DNA of 57,075 nucleotides, filler included, from Sphacelaria rigidula (taxonomy: Eukaryota): the NCBI GenBank assembly GCA_964200075.2. It is 8 parts of 8 records of this genome, joined end to end, with 100 filler letters (N's around TTAATTAATTAA, not from the genome) between each part and the next. Parts side by side here need not be neighbours in the genome. Positions count along the whole stretch, not along the records: positions 1 to 7,047 come from CAXNAA020016767.1; positions 7,148 to 14,194 come from CAXNAA020016768.1; 6 more parts are not named here. One strand, written 5' to 3'. Position 1 is the stretch's first letter. Each line of letters begins with the position of its first letter. The notes under the pieces were generated by a model. It was not told the origin of the DNA and did no database searches. It saw only the letters and a program-made list of their open reading frames with translations. The position numbers were made by a program, and so were the translations under genes. Shown one piece after another: positions 1 through 12,327 of this stretch.

Positions 1-54
1 AAGGGTAGGCGGGGTAAATGGTCAAACGACTAAGGCAAGCAACAAATGAGTACG
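1..54 (+). mobile_element. LINE family A 3' end fragment abutting C12 run
   Basis: Matches the 3' end of 7148-7636 (GGTCAAACGACTAAGGCAAGCAACAAATGAGTACG) and is followed by C-run 55-66. Confidence 0.85.
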
Positions 55-129
55 CCCCCCCCCCCCGAAATAATTACCTTGAGACCACTGGTCACGAAGG
101 AGTGATCACCAGTGTTGAGGAGCAACATC

Positions 130-622
130 CGACGACGGATCGGATCATTATTACGACAGGAAAACAGCATCGTCTCGTCCTATCTCGTCCAGAAGTCCCG
201 CCACAAGCTTTAGTTCTGAAAGTTGTGAACGTTTATCCCTTCATGCAGGATGAAATTTTAGAATGGGCTGTATGAAAGTATGTATATATTCCGACATCAC
301 ACACATAAAAATATACATTCAAGTTATCAGATTGGACGAAAATTCGTCTTCTCTTAGCTGCAAGTCCCGTTTTATCTGAAGAAAATTCCCGTGAAAAATA
401 TCGGAAATCTTGTCAGGAGTACGGAAAGGAATGGGAGCACTCTCTCGTTGGGTCGGGACGGGACCCGAACGTGTCCTCTACGTCAAAGAAAAAACGTGAC
501 GGGATTGGAACGGCGACGGGACCATTTTCCCGTGACCAAAAAACTACACCACGAGACGGCAATCACCGTCTCGTGAGTCCCATACGAATTCCCGTGGTGT
601 TTCTTTTCCGTGACATGCCCTG
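130..622. repeat. ACGGGA/TCCCGT-motif-rich DNA-transposon remnant (intronic)
   Basis: Repeated cccgt/acggg motifs in both orientations, ending in CATGCCCTG (hAT-like terminus by inference). A similar block lies at ~51455-51535. Confidence 0.35.
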
Positions 623-712
623 TGGTACATCATCCTACAGCATAGCCACCGACACCAGAAGCATGCTTGTCGAGCACAGGTGTCCGGAGAAGCAGGCAAT
701 GCCGCTGCTCAC

Positions 713-3700
713 CTCAAAATACTCTCGGGGCAGGAGTTTCATCAATGCCGCCACCCTCTTGGTCGCCCCGTCATTGCCAAACCTCGAAGACACAAACGCA
801 ACCTTCACTTTCCGCTCGTTTCGCGCCCCCGCTCCTCCGCCCACACCCCAGCTCCCCCCTTCCGCGCCTGGATACGCCTCCAATCTTGGCGCCACAAAAT
901 CACCAAGTTCTGGACACATACCTAGAAACAGCGACGCCAAGTTGGCATGAAGTGAAGTCTCGACTACGTCATCATCGTATCCATGCCCCCACACCTCGTC
1001 TGCATAGCTTCCCACATCCTCCCTGTTTCCCACCGATCCGCCAGGCCGTACCCCCGGATCGGAATCACTGAAAAACTCGAACGGAAATGTTTCAGTGTCG
1101 ACCGCCGACACTCCCCCCGGAAGCGCCGATGATGGTTCAAGAATTGCGGGTAGATTTGGTCGATAGTAATCCGCGAACGGCAACAACGGGAGGTCGTCGA
1201 ATGCAACGTCGGGGTAATTCAATTCCCCAAAGGAGCATGTGAAAAGCGGCCCAGTATTTCCGCTCTTGACGGACGCGGCCGTGGTGGACGGTGTTGTCCC
1301 GCCGCCTCTCACGTGCTCACTGCCGTTGCTCGCCTCTCTACTCTCCCTGTCTTCATCGAAATATCCTGCACATCCCGTGCATCTAAACTCCCCGCCTCCC
1401 GATCTTTCAAATTCCGCGTGTGATCCACCGTCATTTCCCCCGCATTGTGCTGCCTCACTCATGACTTCGTGGGCTTCACATGAATACGGACTTGCAAAGG
1501 ATTGAATGGAGTCTGGAGTGCGATTGGGTACCTTTCTCTTCCGCGGGGGCAGAAAGCTTGATATTCCCTTTTCTAGGGCGCCCATCGATGCCTCCAAATC
1601 TTGACGACTGCGCGACACAGCTGGGATGGAAAGGGCGGCTCGTACTCGGTATATCTGCCATCGTTACCGTCAGTTGTTGGGCAGACGGTACAGTCGGGAA
1701 CACAGTAGTGACCGGTTGGTACGTACGATGGACAGTGGCCACACAGCGGTTATGGTTCCGAAATCCGATGTCCGGGTAAAATAATCGAACGTCCTGGTTG
1801 ACCAAGGCGCTAAACGATTTTTGACTTCGGCCTTCGATTTTGCCTCAAGGAAGCCCCTCCACAGAGTAACGAGGGAGCACGGCAAGGCAAGGTGACATGA
1901 GCAAGGAGGAGAGGCGGAGGCACAGCGCACCATCATTCTCTACGTCTGGAAAATAATCGAAGGGAGGACTGGGACACAGAGTAGCTCACCGAATACTCGA
2001 AACATACAAGGACAGCAAACGAACAACGACACCTGCCGGTTCCACGGAGCCGCCGCGCTGCTCAGGTAGTGCCACCCCTCGACCTCAAACCCCCTTTTCG
2101 CCAGGTCTCTTCCAAGCATGAAGCATGTCTGGAATGGGGGCACCGACAAGTGGAGAGACAAGTAGGCGTGTTCAGCCGAGCAAAAACTTCATGAGAAAAG
2201 AGCAGACACCCGTGTAGCACGGTGTTCGAGCAGAGCACCTCTTACCACGGAGGCTACGATTCGTGCTCGGACGGGCGCCAACATCGTCGGAGGTTAAAGT
2301 CAAACCGATTATCGATATCTTGTACGCGGCACTGGCACCCCACTATCGAGAATTCCAGACAGTGCATGGTGAATGGCGCGTCGCATCGCCTTGAAAACAG
2401 AAGCACTGGCAAAACAGCACGGGTGATGTCTTGCAACCTCTCTCCGTACACCCTTGCGAAATGTAGTCAGCGACGAGTGCAGCTCGCACACAGCGTCGTT
2501 CCTCCCACTCTGAATTGTTTAATGAAAATCCTACCAAGGTTTCGAGCTACGTCAGTATAGGTGGTACTAGTAGCCGCCGCACCTCGGAGTCCATCGAAAA
2601 ATGACTCTCCAAGAAATTCTCCACCCTCCGGAGCACGGGCACCGAGCCGCCTAGCTCTCTCCATTTCCCTTCGAGCGCCCAGCCAAAGAACATCACCATC
2701 CAATCTCGCCGTGTAACGAGAACCTCCTGATCAGGGAAAAAAGGAAAGGGTGCGTGTGTGACACATCCCTCCAGGTTCTCACGGAAATCAAATTTCTGAG
2801 CAGAAATATATATCACCACTAAGACTTGCCGCATTCCTGCACGGGGTAGGCACATATCGGCAGCTAGCTGTTCGACGTGAACGATGAGAAACATAGTAAA
2901 GGGACAGGGGCAACCCTGAGCTTGCTGTAGCACATGAGCGCCCTGAAAATGCAATTTCCCCCCAAATTGTCAACATTATTTCGAGCAGTAACAACCATGA
3001 GGGCCTACGGAGCGCAGCATCGGTGTTTTCGATAACACAAGATGAAATAGCGAAAACCCGCTGAACTGGATAGCCGCAGCTAGCCAGGGGCATGTACTAG
3101 AGAGACGTCTCAAAAGATATACAAAATACACATGCAGACATCACAGCAGAGCGGAGGGACTCAACCGATAGGTCGGCGTAAACAGCTTTTGCAAACACAC
3201 GTTGCTGCTCTACCGTACGACTCCTACCTGTGGAGTCGGGGTATCCTCAAGCATAGATGTGTCGATATCCTCGTCCTCTAAAAGCATGGCGAACGTCCAG
3301 TGAACGATACTTTGCTGGAGATCTACCGCATGCCGCAGGTACGAGAACCCTTCAGCAGCAACAAAAGGGGGTCACAACCACAACACAACACGGCACCAAA
3401 ATGTCGAGCTTCTTGAGGGTAGTGGACAAAATCGCGCTGCAGAGACATGATCATGAGTCATGACCAGAAAATGAGCGAAATAAGATAGACATATTCTTTA
3501 CCTGCACGACACAAAAATACGTCCCGCACAGTGCGGGGGGGGGAGATCATTGTTCGTTGACTACATCGGGAGGCACACACGTCGAACAAGGACAAGATTT
3601 GGCAAATCAAGCCGCCTTGTACGCAGGGCCTATATACAGCGTGGACAATTGCTCTGGTATTCCCTCTTCAAGAAACGACAGGGCTTGTGCTGTTCTACAG

Positions 3701-6526
3701 CAAACCACCTGATGAGCATGAGCTGCCGATTCTTCATATGTTGTCATCGTGAAGCGGTAATTTGGCACCAAGGAAACACAAGGAGGACCCCAATCATCGC
3801 ATGCGTCAAGCTGTTATACACTCCCGACCAACTCTAGCACAGTTAGCGCATAGCTCTGCATCCGCACGACGGTAGCGTTAGCGATACTTCGCTGTATCTG
3901 TCAAGGACTCCAGAAACAAGGCCTGAAGCGCCCTTCTGATGTCTCAGCGATATTGTAACAAAGTCCAGGGTGATGGCGAGGAGACCTGGCATCACTTAAT
4001 ATGAGCATCTTTTCGAGTCGGCAAAAAATTGAGACTGGGATCTGCAAGTAAACCCGCACTTCAAGAACCGATGTCATCTCGACACGGTGTGCCATGGTTT
4101 AAGCAGGGTGGCATCAGACACTGGAAAATAAGTAGCTTAGCCGAGGAATGCGAGCAAATACCGCAGTGTGGGGTCTTCTCAACCTTTTGACCGCCAGCGC
4201 TGGTCATCTGACTCTTGCGATTATCCTTCAAGTGAAAATTATGCCGATTCAACTCATTACCCACCCTGGTGTATGTGTGGTGTAAACATGTTGTTTACCT
4301 ATGAGGTTTTTTCAAAATGCTCGCGACAAGTCACGACCGACCAACCTTGCAACAGGCTCTACCCTTACAACACCCAGTCGTGCATGTGGCCCTTCGTTGG
4401 CCTGGCTATTCGGAAGGGTTCGGAATCTTCGTTCGAATGGAGACCAAACACCTACTTAGCGAACAGCGGGGTCTGGGGTCATCGGGCCGTTGCCACACAC
4501 ATATCCGTGTCATGGTCGGTACTGCACAGTACATAATATAGTACAGCACCGCACGAATATATCGGATGGATGATCCTAATCCTTGTGGGTGTGGGCACTG
4601 TGCTGACGGAGTACTCAATATACAGCTGCGGGTGCTATGCTGCACGATATACATGCCCCTAAAACCCAATTCGACCGCTTGACCGTGAACGTGGACTGCT
4701 ACCCTTGCCATCCTCCACAAAACGTTGGTTCTTCTGCTTGATGTAGCGCTCAGCGGCGATAAAGGGGTCGCTAGCGCATGGAATTGCAACACCCCAAATG
4801 CCCGCGGGACTGTCAGGCCGGAATCTTGGAGCAGAAAGCCTTGGGCACTCAAGGAGTTCACTAGTGTGGGTGTCGTCGGATCTATAAACTGTCGGTGGGG
4901 GCAAGGGTCCCAAAACAGCACTCTCTCAAGTGCGGAATCCTACCACATCTAGTCAAAACGTTTGGTCAAAAGTTCGGTTCGCTACTCGTGTACTACCATG
5001 CGGGGTGCTATTAATAGCATGTGCGGTCATGCTAGGCTGGCGACCCACTGCATTATATATGCTGAAACCTCCACTAGAGTCTAAGTTTGGCGTTTTGCTA
5101 CAGCACATAATTCACGCACACCTCCCGACCAACCTTTGTTCACGTGCCCTCGCACTACAAGAGCCGATGCCAACAGCTGCAGGGTCCTCAAATCCCGCTT
5201 ATCATACCCGATCGCGTCCTCCAGGTAAGAGATAGCGTGAGCAACATCCCCTTCCTGAAGGAGGGCCATAGCCATCCCCCTGCCCCAAAGCGTCCGTCGA
5301 TGTCTATCCATTTCAAGATCTCTCCCATCCTGCAACACCAGCGCGGCAACGACAGGTCGCCTGGCCAGCCGTAATGCCCTCGAAAATCGCAAGATAAGGT
5401 CAATACCGAAGTACCGCGACTTGCCCAGAATCATGCTCCGACCGCCGTCGCTTGGATCGGCTCCATCGTCGTCATCTTCCATATCGATCTCGTTGTTACC
5501 TTCGAAGTACAATAATCCGCAAGACGGTAGCGTTGTTTTAGCTGTCTCGTCTGTAGCATACCGACCGCCGCTACCACCGCCACCACCGCTGCCACTGCTG
5601 CTGCCATCGCTCCCTCCCCGGCCGACGCGTGCAGTAGACAAGGAAGAGAACGTATCCTGATCGTCATGATGATATTTTTTGAAGATGATGTTACCATCGC
5701 CTGATGGAGGTAAGCCAAGCATCGACCCCGGGCAACACCGTATCACGCTCGCGAAGGCATTCAGCGCATCGAAAACAGCTCGGCTGCTCGGCCTAGAGTC
5801 TTGCGTTCCCAACGCGGCATCGCCTGCAGCGAGCACCTCTTGCCAGTGGTCTGCCTGCTCCCGCCTACTGTTAGCGACCATGTCTTCGCCAGCGTACCAC
5901 CTCGGGTGATCATCAATCCATGCGAAGGGACACTCCGCTGTTGGTGGATAATCCTCGTGTTTGCCCGCACCAGTGGCAGCTGCGGCGTCATTTGCATCAG
6001 AGGAGCTTGCTCTGCTGTCGACATCAATGCCAGCACCGTAGGCATGATATTCAGCAGCATCGGCAGCAGCAGGAGGACGCGGTAAGCGCAGTTCAAGAAC
6101 GTGTTCAGCGACATGTATTCCTACCCGTCCAAGGTGAAACGCCACGGGCTGCGATCCACCTTCTGGCGTGTAACTCCCTCCGTAACCGTCGTCATCGTCG
6201 TCATCACCATCCTCAAAAAAATCCAGCTCGCCCCCACTGTCACCGGTACGCGGTGGTGCAACGTAGTTCTCTAGGATTTCCAATTCCAGACGAGCGTGGT
6301 CCATCTCCTCCGGCGTCGCCGACAACTCCCCTGGTGGCCTGGCAGTATCAACCAACATCGCCAAACATGTGATACCGAACCACAGTGACACCGATACATG
6401 CGACTGTGACCGTCGCCGGTTCAACCGACCTCGAAGGCAATCTACACTTTCACGGCAGCCGTAGCTACTCAAGATACAGCCGCACCGGTGTGGTGGAGCG
6501 TTTTGGGGGCTTAGGAACGAGCGCAT
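713..6526 (-). CDS. TPR-containing O-GlcNAc transferase/SPINDLY-like (GT41) protein, multi-exon, 3' end missing
   Basis: Exon 1 ~6526-5134 has an N-terminal hydrophobic stretch and TPR-like helices (MAMALLQEGDVAHAISYLEDAIGYD). Phase-compatible GT-AG exons lie at 3322-3228, 2726-2583, 2128-2033 and 1654-713. The last encodes LASLFLGMCPEL...RKVKVAFVSSRFGNDGATKRVAALMKLLPREYFE, matching the start of the OGT/SPY catalytic lobe (OGT RLRVGYVSSDFGNH...DKFEV). Exons between 5134 and 3322 are not resolved; the start codon is uncertain. Confidence 0.7.
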
Positions 6527-6927
6527 GACAAGAGAGTGCGAAATGCGTACCGTACTAGCAACTGAGGACCCGGCGCACTTTCCTGTTTATTTAGTACGTA
6601 TTTGGACAATTTGAGTATTCATACCCGTAATCTTGACGAAATAGGTCGGAAGGAGAGCTGAAATATGAGTCAATCTTAGACCAAGTGTGATAAGCTCCAG
6701 AATACTACAACGATGAAAATACACGAGTATTGCTGGTGAATATTTTCACGTCTGACGTTGGTCCATATCTTTGTTCATAGGCCTTCCTTCTTCAAAAGTG
6801 CGTGCGCATGTATGTTTTGGGACCCATAAACTACAGTACTGCATGACCAACGGGATGTATTATGTGATGAGCCTATTGTGATGCCGAAAAATGATAGTGT
6901 ATTTGTGGTGAGCCCCGGGAGGGCTGG

Positions 6928-7047
6928 GTTGTGTGTGTTGTCGTCCCGTTTGTTCTGGACACCGCTCTACACCTTTCGGTATATGTGGGCGCACCAGCCG
7001 GGGTCACACGGGAGGGAGGCCAACACATTTTTTTTCTCTCATTGTTT
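6928..7047 (-). mobile_element. tRNA-derived SINE, 3' part (cut by contig end)
   Basis: Reverse complement of the SINE tail GTGTGACCCCGGCTGGTGCGCCCACATATACCGAAAGGTGTAG. Confidence 0.8.
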
Positions 7048-7147
7048 NNNNNNNNNNNNNNNNNNNNNNNNNNNNNNNNNNNNNNNNNNNNTTAATTAAT
7101 TAANNNNNNNNNNNNNNNNNNNNNNNNNNNNNNNNNNNNNNNNNNNN
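7048..7147. other. Artificial contig spacer N44-TTAATTAATTAA-N44; identical spacers at 14195-14294, 21342-21441, 28489-28588, 35636-35735, 42783-42882, 49930-50029
   Basis: Seen directly: seven identical 100-bp spacers with an all-frame-stop 12-mer. Intervening segments are 7047 bp each (last 7046 bp). Confidence 0.98.
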
Positions 7148-7636
7148 ATATCTGCATGGCCCAATGGACGTTGCGAAAAATATGAAATTGCGATTTCGGG
7201 TGGGGGACCTGGACCTGCCAGAAAGAAAGAGATATACCAGTCGTCGAAAGGAGGAGGAAGTGGATGGACGGAACTGCCCCTGTGGCAAGGGAACAGAGAG
7301 CAGAAGTCATATAGTGGCAGGATGTGAAGTACACAAGGAGGAACGGGACGTGCTAGAGGAGGAAATGCGGGACGTGAACAAAGGTGGCATGAAATCCTTT
7401 GATGGATTGGACAGTAGGGAGAAAACGATGGCTATACTGAGAGATAGATGGTGGCGAGAGACGGCGAAACAGGACGGGGATAAGATATGTGAAAAAAAAT
7501 TGTGTAATGTATGGAAGAAACGTAATGAGCGTCGGAATGTTGAAGGTGTCTCTATTAGGAGTAGGAACAGTGATCCGTCTCGAAAGGGATGCGTGGTCAA
7601 TGGTCAAACGACTAAGGCAAGCAACAAATGAGTACG
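7148..7636 (+). mobile_element. LINE (non-LTR retrotransposon) family A, ORF2 C-terminal fragment with CCHC zinc knuckle
   Basis: ORF 7164-7631 has CPCG...ESRSHIVAGC, the typical LINE RT C-terminal CCHC. The stop is followed by only GTACG and then a C-run. The same 3' end recurs at 1-54, 21524-21740(-), 28315-28380, 28409-28475, 42900-43045(-), 52368-52410 and 56911-56977(-); an internal piece lies at ~49860-49929. Confidence 0.8.
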
Positions 7637-7753
7637 CCACCCCCCGAAGCTCATCTTCAGCAGTTCCCGCTACTGGCGAAAGGTCCGATGTATCCTCTCG
7701 AGCGCCCGCTGCCCCGCTCGTCGCCTGTCTCGCGGCTTGGTCTGACGAACAAG

Positions 7754-7853
7754 GTTGGGTGTGCCGCACTTGCAAGCATGTGGATGGCGAAAACATCGTG
7801 CACGACTCCCAAAGGGAGGTGCTGAAAAACCATGAAGGGAAAAGACACAGAGG
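7754..7853 (+). CDS. Isolated exon encoding a U1/matrin-like zinc finger
   Basis: AAG|...|GTGAGT boundaries; translates WVCRTCKH...NHEGKRHR (CxxC...H..GKRH). The rest of the gene was not identified. Confidence 0.35.
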
Positions 7854-8420
7854 GTGAGTGGCTTTAGAGTTGCCAACCTCGAACGACGATATAAGACTGA
7901 ACGTTGATAGCAAAGGTAAAATTTATGTGGTTTTGTTTTGACTTATAGTTGAGAAAAGTCGTAGACAAACGTTCGCCACTAGGGTCATGGAACAATATGC
8001 GAACGGTATTGCTCGTGTGTTTTTTCAACTTTGGAAACGTTCAGCTTACGAAATCTTACCACTTTAGGGTACAGCAGTCAGCAAGGTTTTACGCGTGCAA
8101 CAAGGTACCTCTTGTCCACGAAAAATCAGGGCGTAAGTGAATCCAAGTACACGACTTTTTCTCCACGAGAAAAGCTTGCTCCCACAGAACTCATTCACTG
8201 CTGTATTGCACCTGGTGAAGTGATAGAAAACAACTCATGGATCTTCCCTGGCCCCTGCCTCTCTTATTTCTGGGCCTCGTGTGCGCGGAGGAGGGCGATG
8301 CCGAGGGATTTCATGTCGCGTTCGCAGCACACAAGGTCGCCTCAAATACACTGCGCTATTGAACAAACTAGAAACACCTGGTTCAGAAGCCTGCCGGTAC
8401 CGTGGTATATTTTTAATCCA

Positions 8421-8775
8421 GCCGGTTGCCCCGGTCGCTCAGTCGGTGACCTTCAAAGCTTCTGACGGTTGGGTCGTGGGTTCGAATCTTGGCGCGATCT
8501 GGGATTTTGTTTATCATGCCCAATAGTGGAGAGCGACCATGTCGTGAGTACACAAAATTCGTCTTTACGGTCGACGAAGGAAAGGGACTGCTGGACCTCT
8601 CTCGCGATAAAAAAGAAAGACAAGTACCGCCTAAGGCAGGTGGAGTACCACAACGAAACAAACAACATAAAACTCCCGTGTTCACCTTCCTGTGTGATCC
8701 CGGCTGGTGCGCCCACATGAACCGAAACGTGTAGACCGGCGTGCAGAATAGATGGGACGACGACACAACAACACA
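8421..8775 (+). mobile_element. Full-length tRNA-derived SINE
   Basis: Head has an A-box (TCGCTCAGTCGG) and B-box (GGTTCGAATC), followed by a conserved body, a structured 3' region and an (ACA)n tail. Seven other copies are in the window. Confidence 0.85.
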
Positions 8776-9074
8776 TAGTATGGATGTAATACGGAACAGG
8801 GTACTGGACTATTGGCACACCTGCCATTCCCTCTAGCATATCCCAGAGAGTTGTTCATCCATCATTGGCGATTTTAAAGTCTGCGATGTGTACGCCATTC
8901 ATCCATCGACGCCCTACTCAAATATAGACTTGACTCCGACTCAGCACACAAGAGCAGTCACAGCCACCGAGGCAGGCTTCTGGACGACTTTCACCAACAA
9001 GATCTTACACGGGACACATCAACTGCACACCCGCAACACTCGGTAACGCTGCCGAGTCATTCGTCCCCACCACT

Positions 9075-10993
9075 CTACTCAAGGCCCTCGAAAGCTCTTA
9101 CGCCCTCCACTTGTCCGTACCGAGCCACCAGGGCCGCCTTCAGAACCTCCACTGCCTGTTCCGCTGGTTGTAAAGAGTCAAATGACGTGAGTAATGCATT
9201 CCTCCCTGTACCACACCAGTCAAGAATATGTCGAAAAACACCATCTCTGACGCGCGCATCCATGTACTGCGAAGCAACAGCAACAGACGGTTGCAGATGG
9301 TACACCTGCGATGGGAGTATGTGTTCGGGAACAAGCAACGAAGAGTTTGGACAAACCTCTTTGTTGTACACTCCAAAATATTACCAGCTGGTTGTAGACG
9401 GGGCCAAAATGATCAAACGTTGACTAGATAGATATAATACACGAAGGGTATGCGATTTCACCGTAAGCAGTACTACATGACCCACGTATGCAAGTGCGAC
9501 GAGTCGGTGAAACTAGAGAGGGGAACGCACCTCAACCGGCAATTGCGTGACCTTGTCATAATTGACTAAGCGACCGATGTTTATTCCTGTTTCGTTAATT
9601 AAGAGTCTGCTGACGGCGAATGTGATGACCTCGACGCCTTACCATACATTTTACCAAAATTGGTGGAACATGGCCGATTCGTTCAAATCAATTAGACGCT
9701 TCCATTTCGCAGTCGGTCAGCGGGCTAACATGGTGCGGCTGTTACGGGGTATACCTGGTGCCAGTATCGCGGAGGGATGAGCACTAGCTCCCCCTCCTCC
9801 TGCACTCCGCTGATGGCATGGGTCAACACGTTCTGTCCAACGTCGGATACCGGCCAAGAGACCCCCTTTCGATGATCGAAAACCGGCGGTGCGCTGCGAT
9901 AGAGATCAACGTTGCTTTGCCACCCTGCAGAAATATTGTGCGAGCCGAATGCGTTCGGGGAGAGGCGATATGTTCCGAGAGGAGCATCGAGCTCCGGTAG
10001 TGGGGGCAAAAAGGTCCACAGCTTCCGCCCTTCTAGCAACAGATTCCATCCCATCCATTCCATTGGGTCACTGCACACGGAAGAGAGATTGATTGATCGA
10101 TCGATTTATTATCGCACATGAACCGATTCCCCAAGATTTCAATCGTGGCCACGAGATATACGTACCCACGGTGAAAGAGGACGAATACAGAAGTGTTTGA
10201 GGAAAGGAGGAAGCCCAACTGACGTCAAGTGTATCCCTTTTATTGCGAAGCACTTAAGGGTGCTGCTGTAGCAGCAACGGAATATGGTACCCAAGTCACA
10301 ACACGTCGGCGGTGCACACAAGAACACAATTGACATCTTCGCGCAGATTCTTGTATCTACAGACCGGAGGGGAAATTTGATCTAGAGGAGGTTCAGCATG
10401 AGCCCATGTACTGTATGCTCGCGGCGAGCAACTCCGTTCACGGAGAGGTATGCACGGGGGGGTGATGTCTACGATAACCCAAAAGCTGTCTTGACAGCCT
10501 GCATGACGTAGCGTTGGTAGTGATCTCTGGGTATATATATTTGAGATATTGACGGAAACGGATATATGATCATAACCCACGCCTTGAATCCCTGTCTATC
10601 CGTGCCCCACGCGGTAGACCTGTCCACGCATGATCGAGACTCACTTTTGTGGCAGCTAGAAACCGTCTGCATCTTGCCAGCATCATCACAGTCGCCACAG
10701 CCACTCCGTTGAGACAGCCTACGACTCACCATTTTCCCATCTCAGCCGTTGCACTGTGTGTGCCGAAGGTGAGCATTTTCAACACTTGTTAGAGAAGTGT
10801 CGGCAGTTCTGACCTGTGCAGAAAAGAGCGTGCCCCAACGCCCCCAACGATGGCGCAGTGCTTCTGCGGCCGCACCGAGCGCGGAAAATTCTCGAATTCA
10901 TCCTCCCCGAGCAAAGTTTGTGGCACCCGCAGGGTGGAGGTCAGCTCTGGCCTCGCTTCAGGCAGATCCAGGACGTGCTCGTCGAGCAAATAC
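9075..10993 (-). CDS. JmjC-domain 2-oxoglutarate/Fe(II) dioxygenase (JMJD6/JMJD4-like), 5' exons unresolved
   Basis: Phase-compatible exons 10993-10814, 10070-9755 and 9305-9075 (stop). Spliced product: GARSFLH|SDPMEWMGWNLLLEGRKLW...GELVLIPPRYWHQ|VYHLQPSVAVASQY, with an intact HxD...H triad and the conserved Lys. Confidence 0.88.
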
Positions 10994-11723
10994 CTGCATT
11001 GGGTGTTATTCGTTGAAGTGTTGCGCGGAGGGTGTCATGCGTTGGATGTTCTTTTTTGACGTGGCGCACACAAGAGTTGGGGAATGGTGTCACGCAACGG
11101 CGAGGGGTGATGGGTGTACGGAGACACCTTCACATGATGGATACCTCCGCGTTTTTTGCGGCATTTCCGACAGGTTGAGTGTAATACTGGTAACCCTACC
11201 CTACAGGAAGCACTGCTTACTCACGCTAGGCTTCATTCAGAACATAATATTGGGAAGTTTGCCGACTGGTGTTCAAGGTGCGCCAGCTCATCTGGCAGCT
11301 TCGGCGTCTCGCCGCGCCCGGAAACATCCATTCGGAGGTGCCGAACACAGCACTTCAGGATTCAAGGACCAACGTGTCCGCGCCAGCATCATTCGTTCGG
11401 CAAAACCCTGCCTTGTCTTCGACGAAGGAAAAAGGGGCACCCCCGGCACCATAGTTTACGTCACCGCATTTTCCATGCTTGGGCTGTATTCAAAATAACG
11501 GATCAAGTGACAGCTAGTGCGGTGCGGCAGTAGTAGATCCGGTGGACGGGGAGAGGGAGGGCAAGGAAGGCGACGAACTGCCCCGCACTTCCGCCGGCAT
11601 TTTCTTCGCGTTTTTGACATCGTCGGGAATATAGGGGCATGCCGGATTGGTAAGGCTAGACAATATCGCGAGAAATGAACTTTGGGGGCTGCAAAAACTA
11701 TCGTACATATTATATATTCGCTA

Positions 11724-12327
11724 CGAGCTGGGCCAGCTGACAGTGATTCTTGAACGAAGAGTGGAGATGCCGTTGGTAATTCGAAGATTTTCAGGCGCTG
11801 AAATTTTGACACGACATTTTTATCATCAACGCGCGCAAGCCTATCAGTGGTACAGAGGACAAAAAAAAAAGGAAGTTAGAGCGAGTTGGAGTTTCAGCAA
11901 AAACAGAAAAAAAATACTATAACTTCCTTAAAAATTGATTAAAACGACGGCAACGCTTGACCACATACGGGCAGTCGCGTCAACGACATCCTGGTAAAAT
12001 TTCGGCCAAAAATACCTCAAATCGGGCTTTGCGTCGCACTTTTCGTGGGACACGGCTGCGCCCGTTTAATTCAAGTGATAGAGGAGACTCCAATTATTGA
12101 GGTGATGAGTTCGAATCCCGACAGATTCTCTTTTTTTTCGTCTATCGTTAAGGTCATATATTATGCATCACATTTTTTTTCATTATTTTTCTTCGTTCAG
12201 CGGCGATGCCGTGTGTTACCAGGTTGGTCTGCACTTCACAGCTATATGCTCAAGTCGCGCTGATTTGGAAAACTCGAGAAGTTGTGATGTGAAAAGCGGA
12301 TGCGGGATCTACTGCTGGCCCAGCTTG
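11724..12327. mobile_element. TA-flanked MITE (Tc1/mariner-type), TIR C(G/A)AGCTGGGCCAGC
   Basis: TA|CGAGCTGGGCCAGC ... GCTGGCCCAGCTTG|TA. Homologous termini lie at 13883-14194 (cut by contig end) and ~36490-36677 (inverted). Confidence 0.7.

Noticed and set aside
7092-7103. Repeated TTAATTAATTAA as a biological motif
   Set aside because: It is an assembly linker between N runs.
8421-8500. Functional tRNA gene
   Set aside because: No clean cloverleaf or acceptor stem, and it is always fused to the SINE body.
10797-11498. 233-aa plus-strand ORF
   Set aside because: Antisense to a JmjC exon with no recognisable motif.
11456-11812. JmjC first exon / independent ORF
   Set aside because: It starts inside a MITE and stops without a usable phase-compatible donor.
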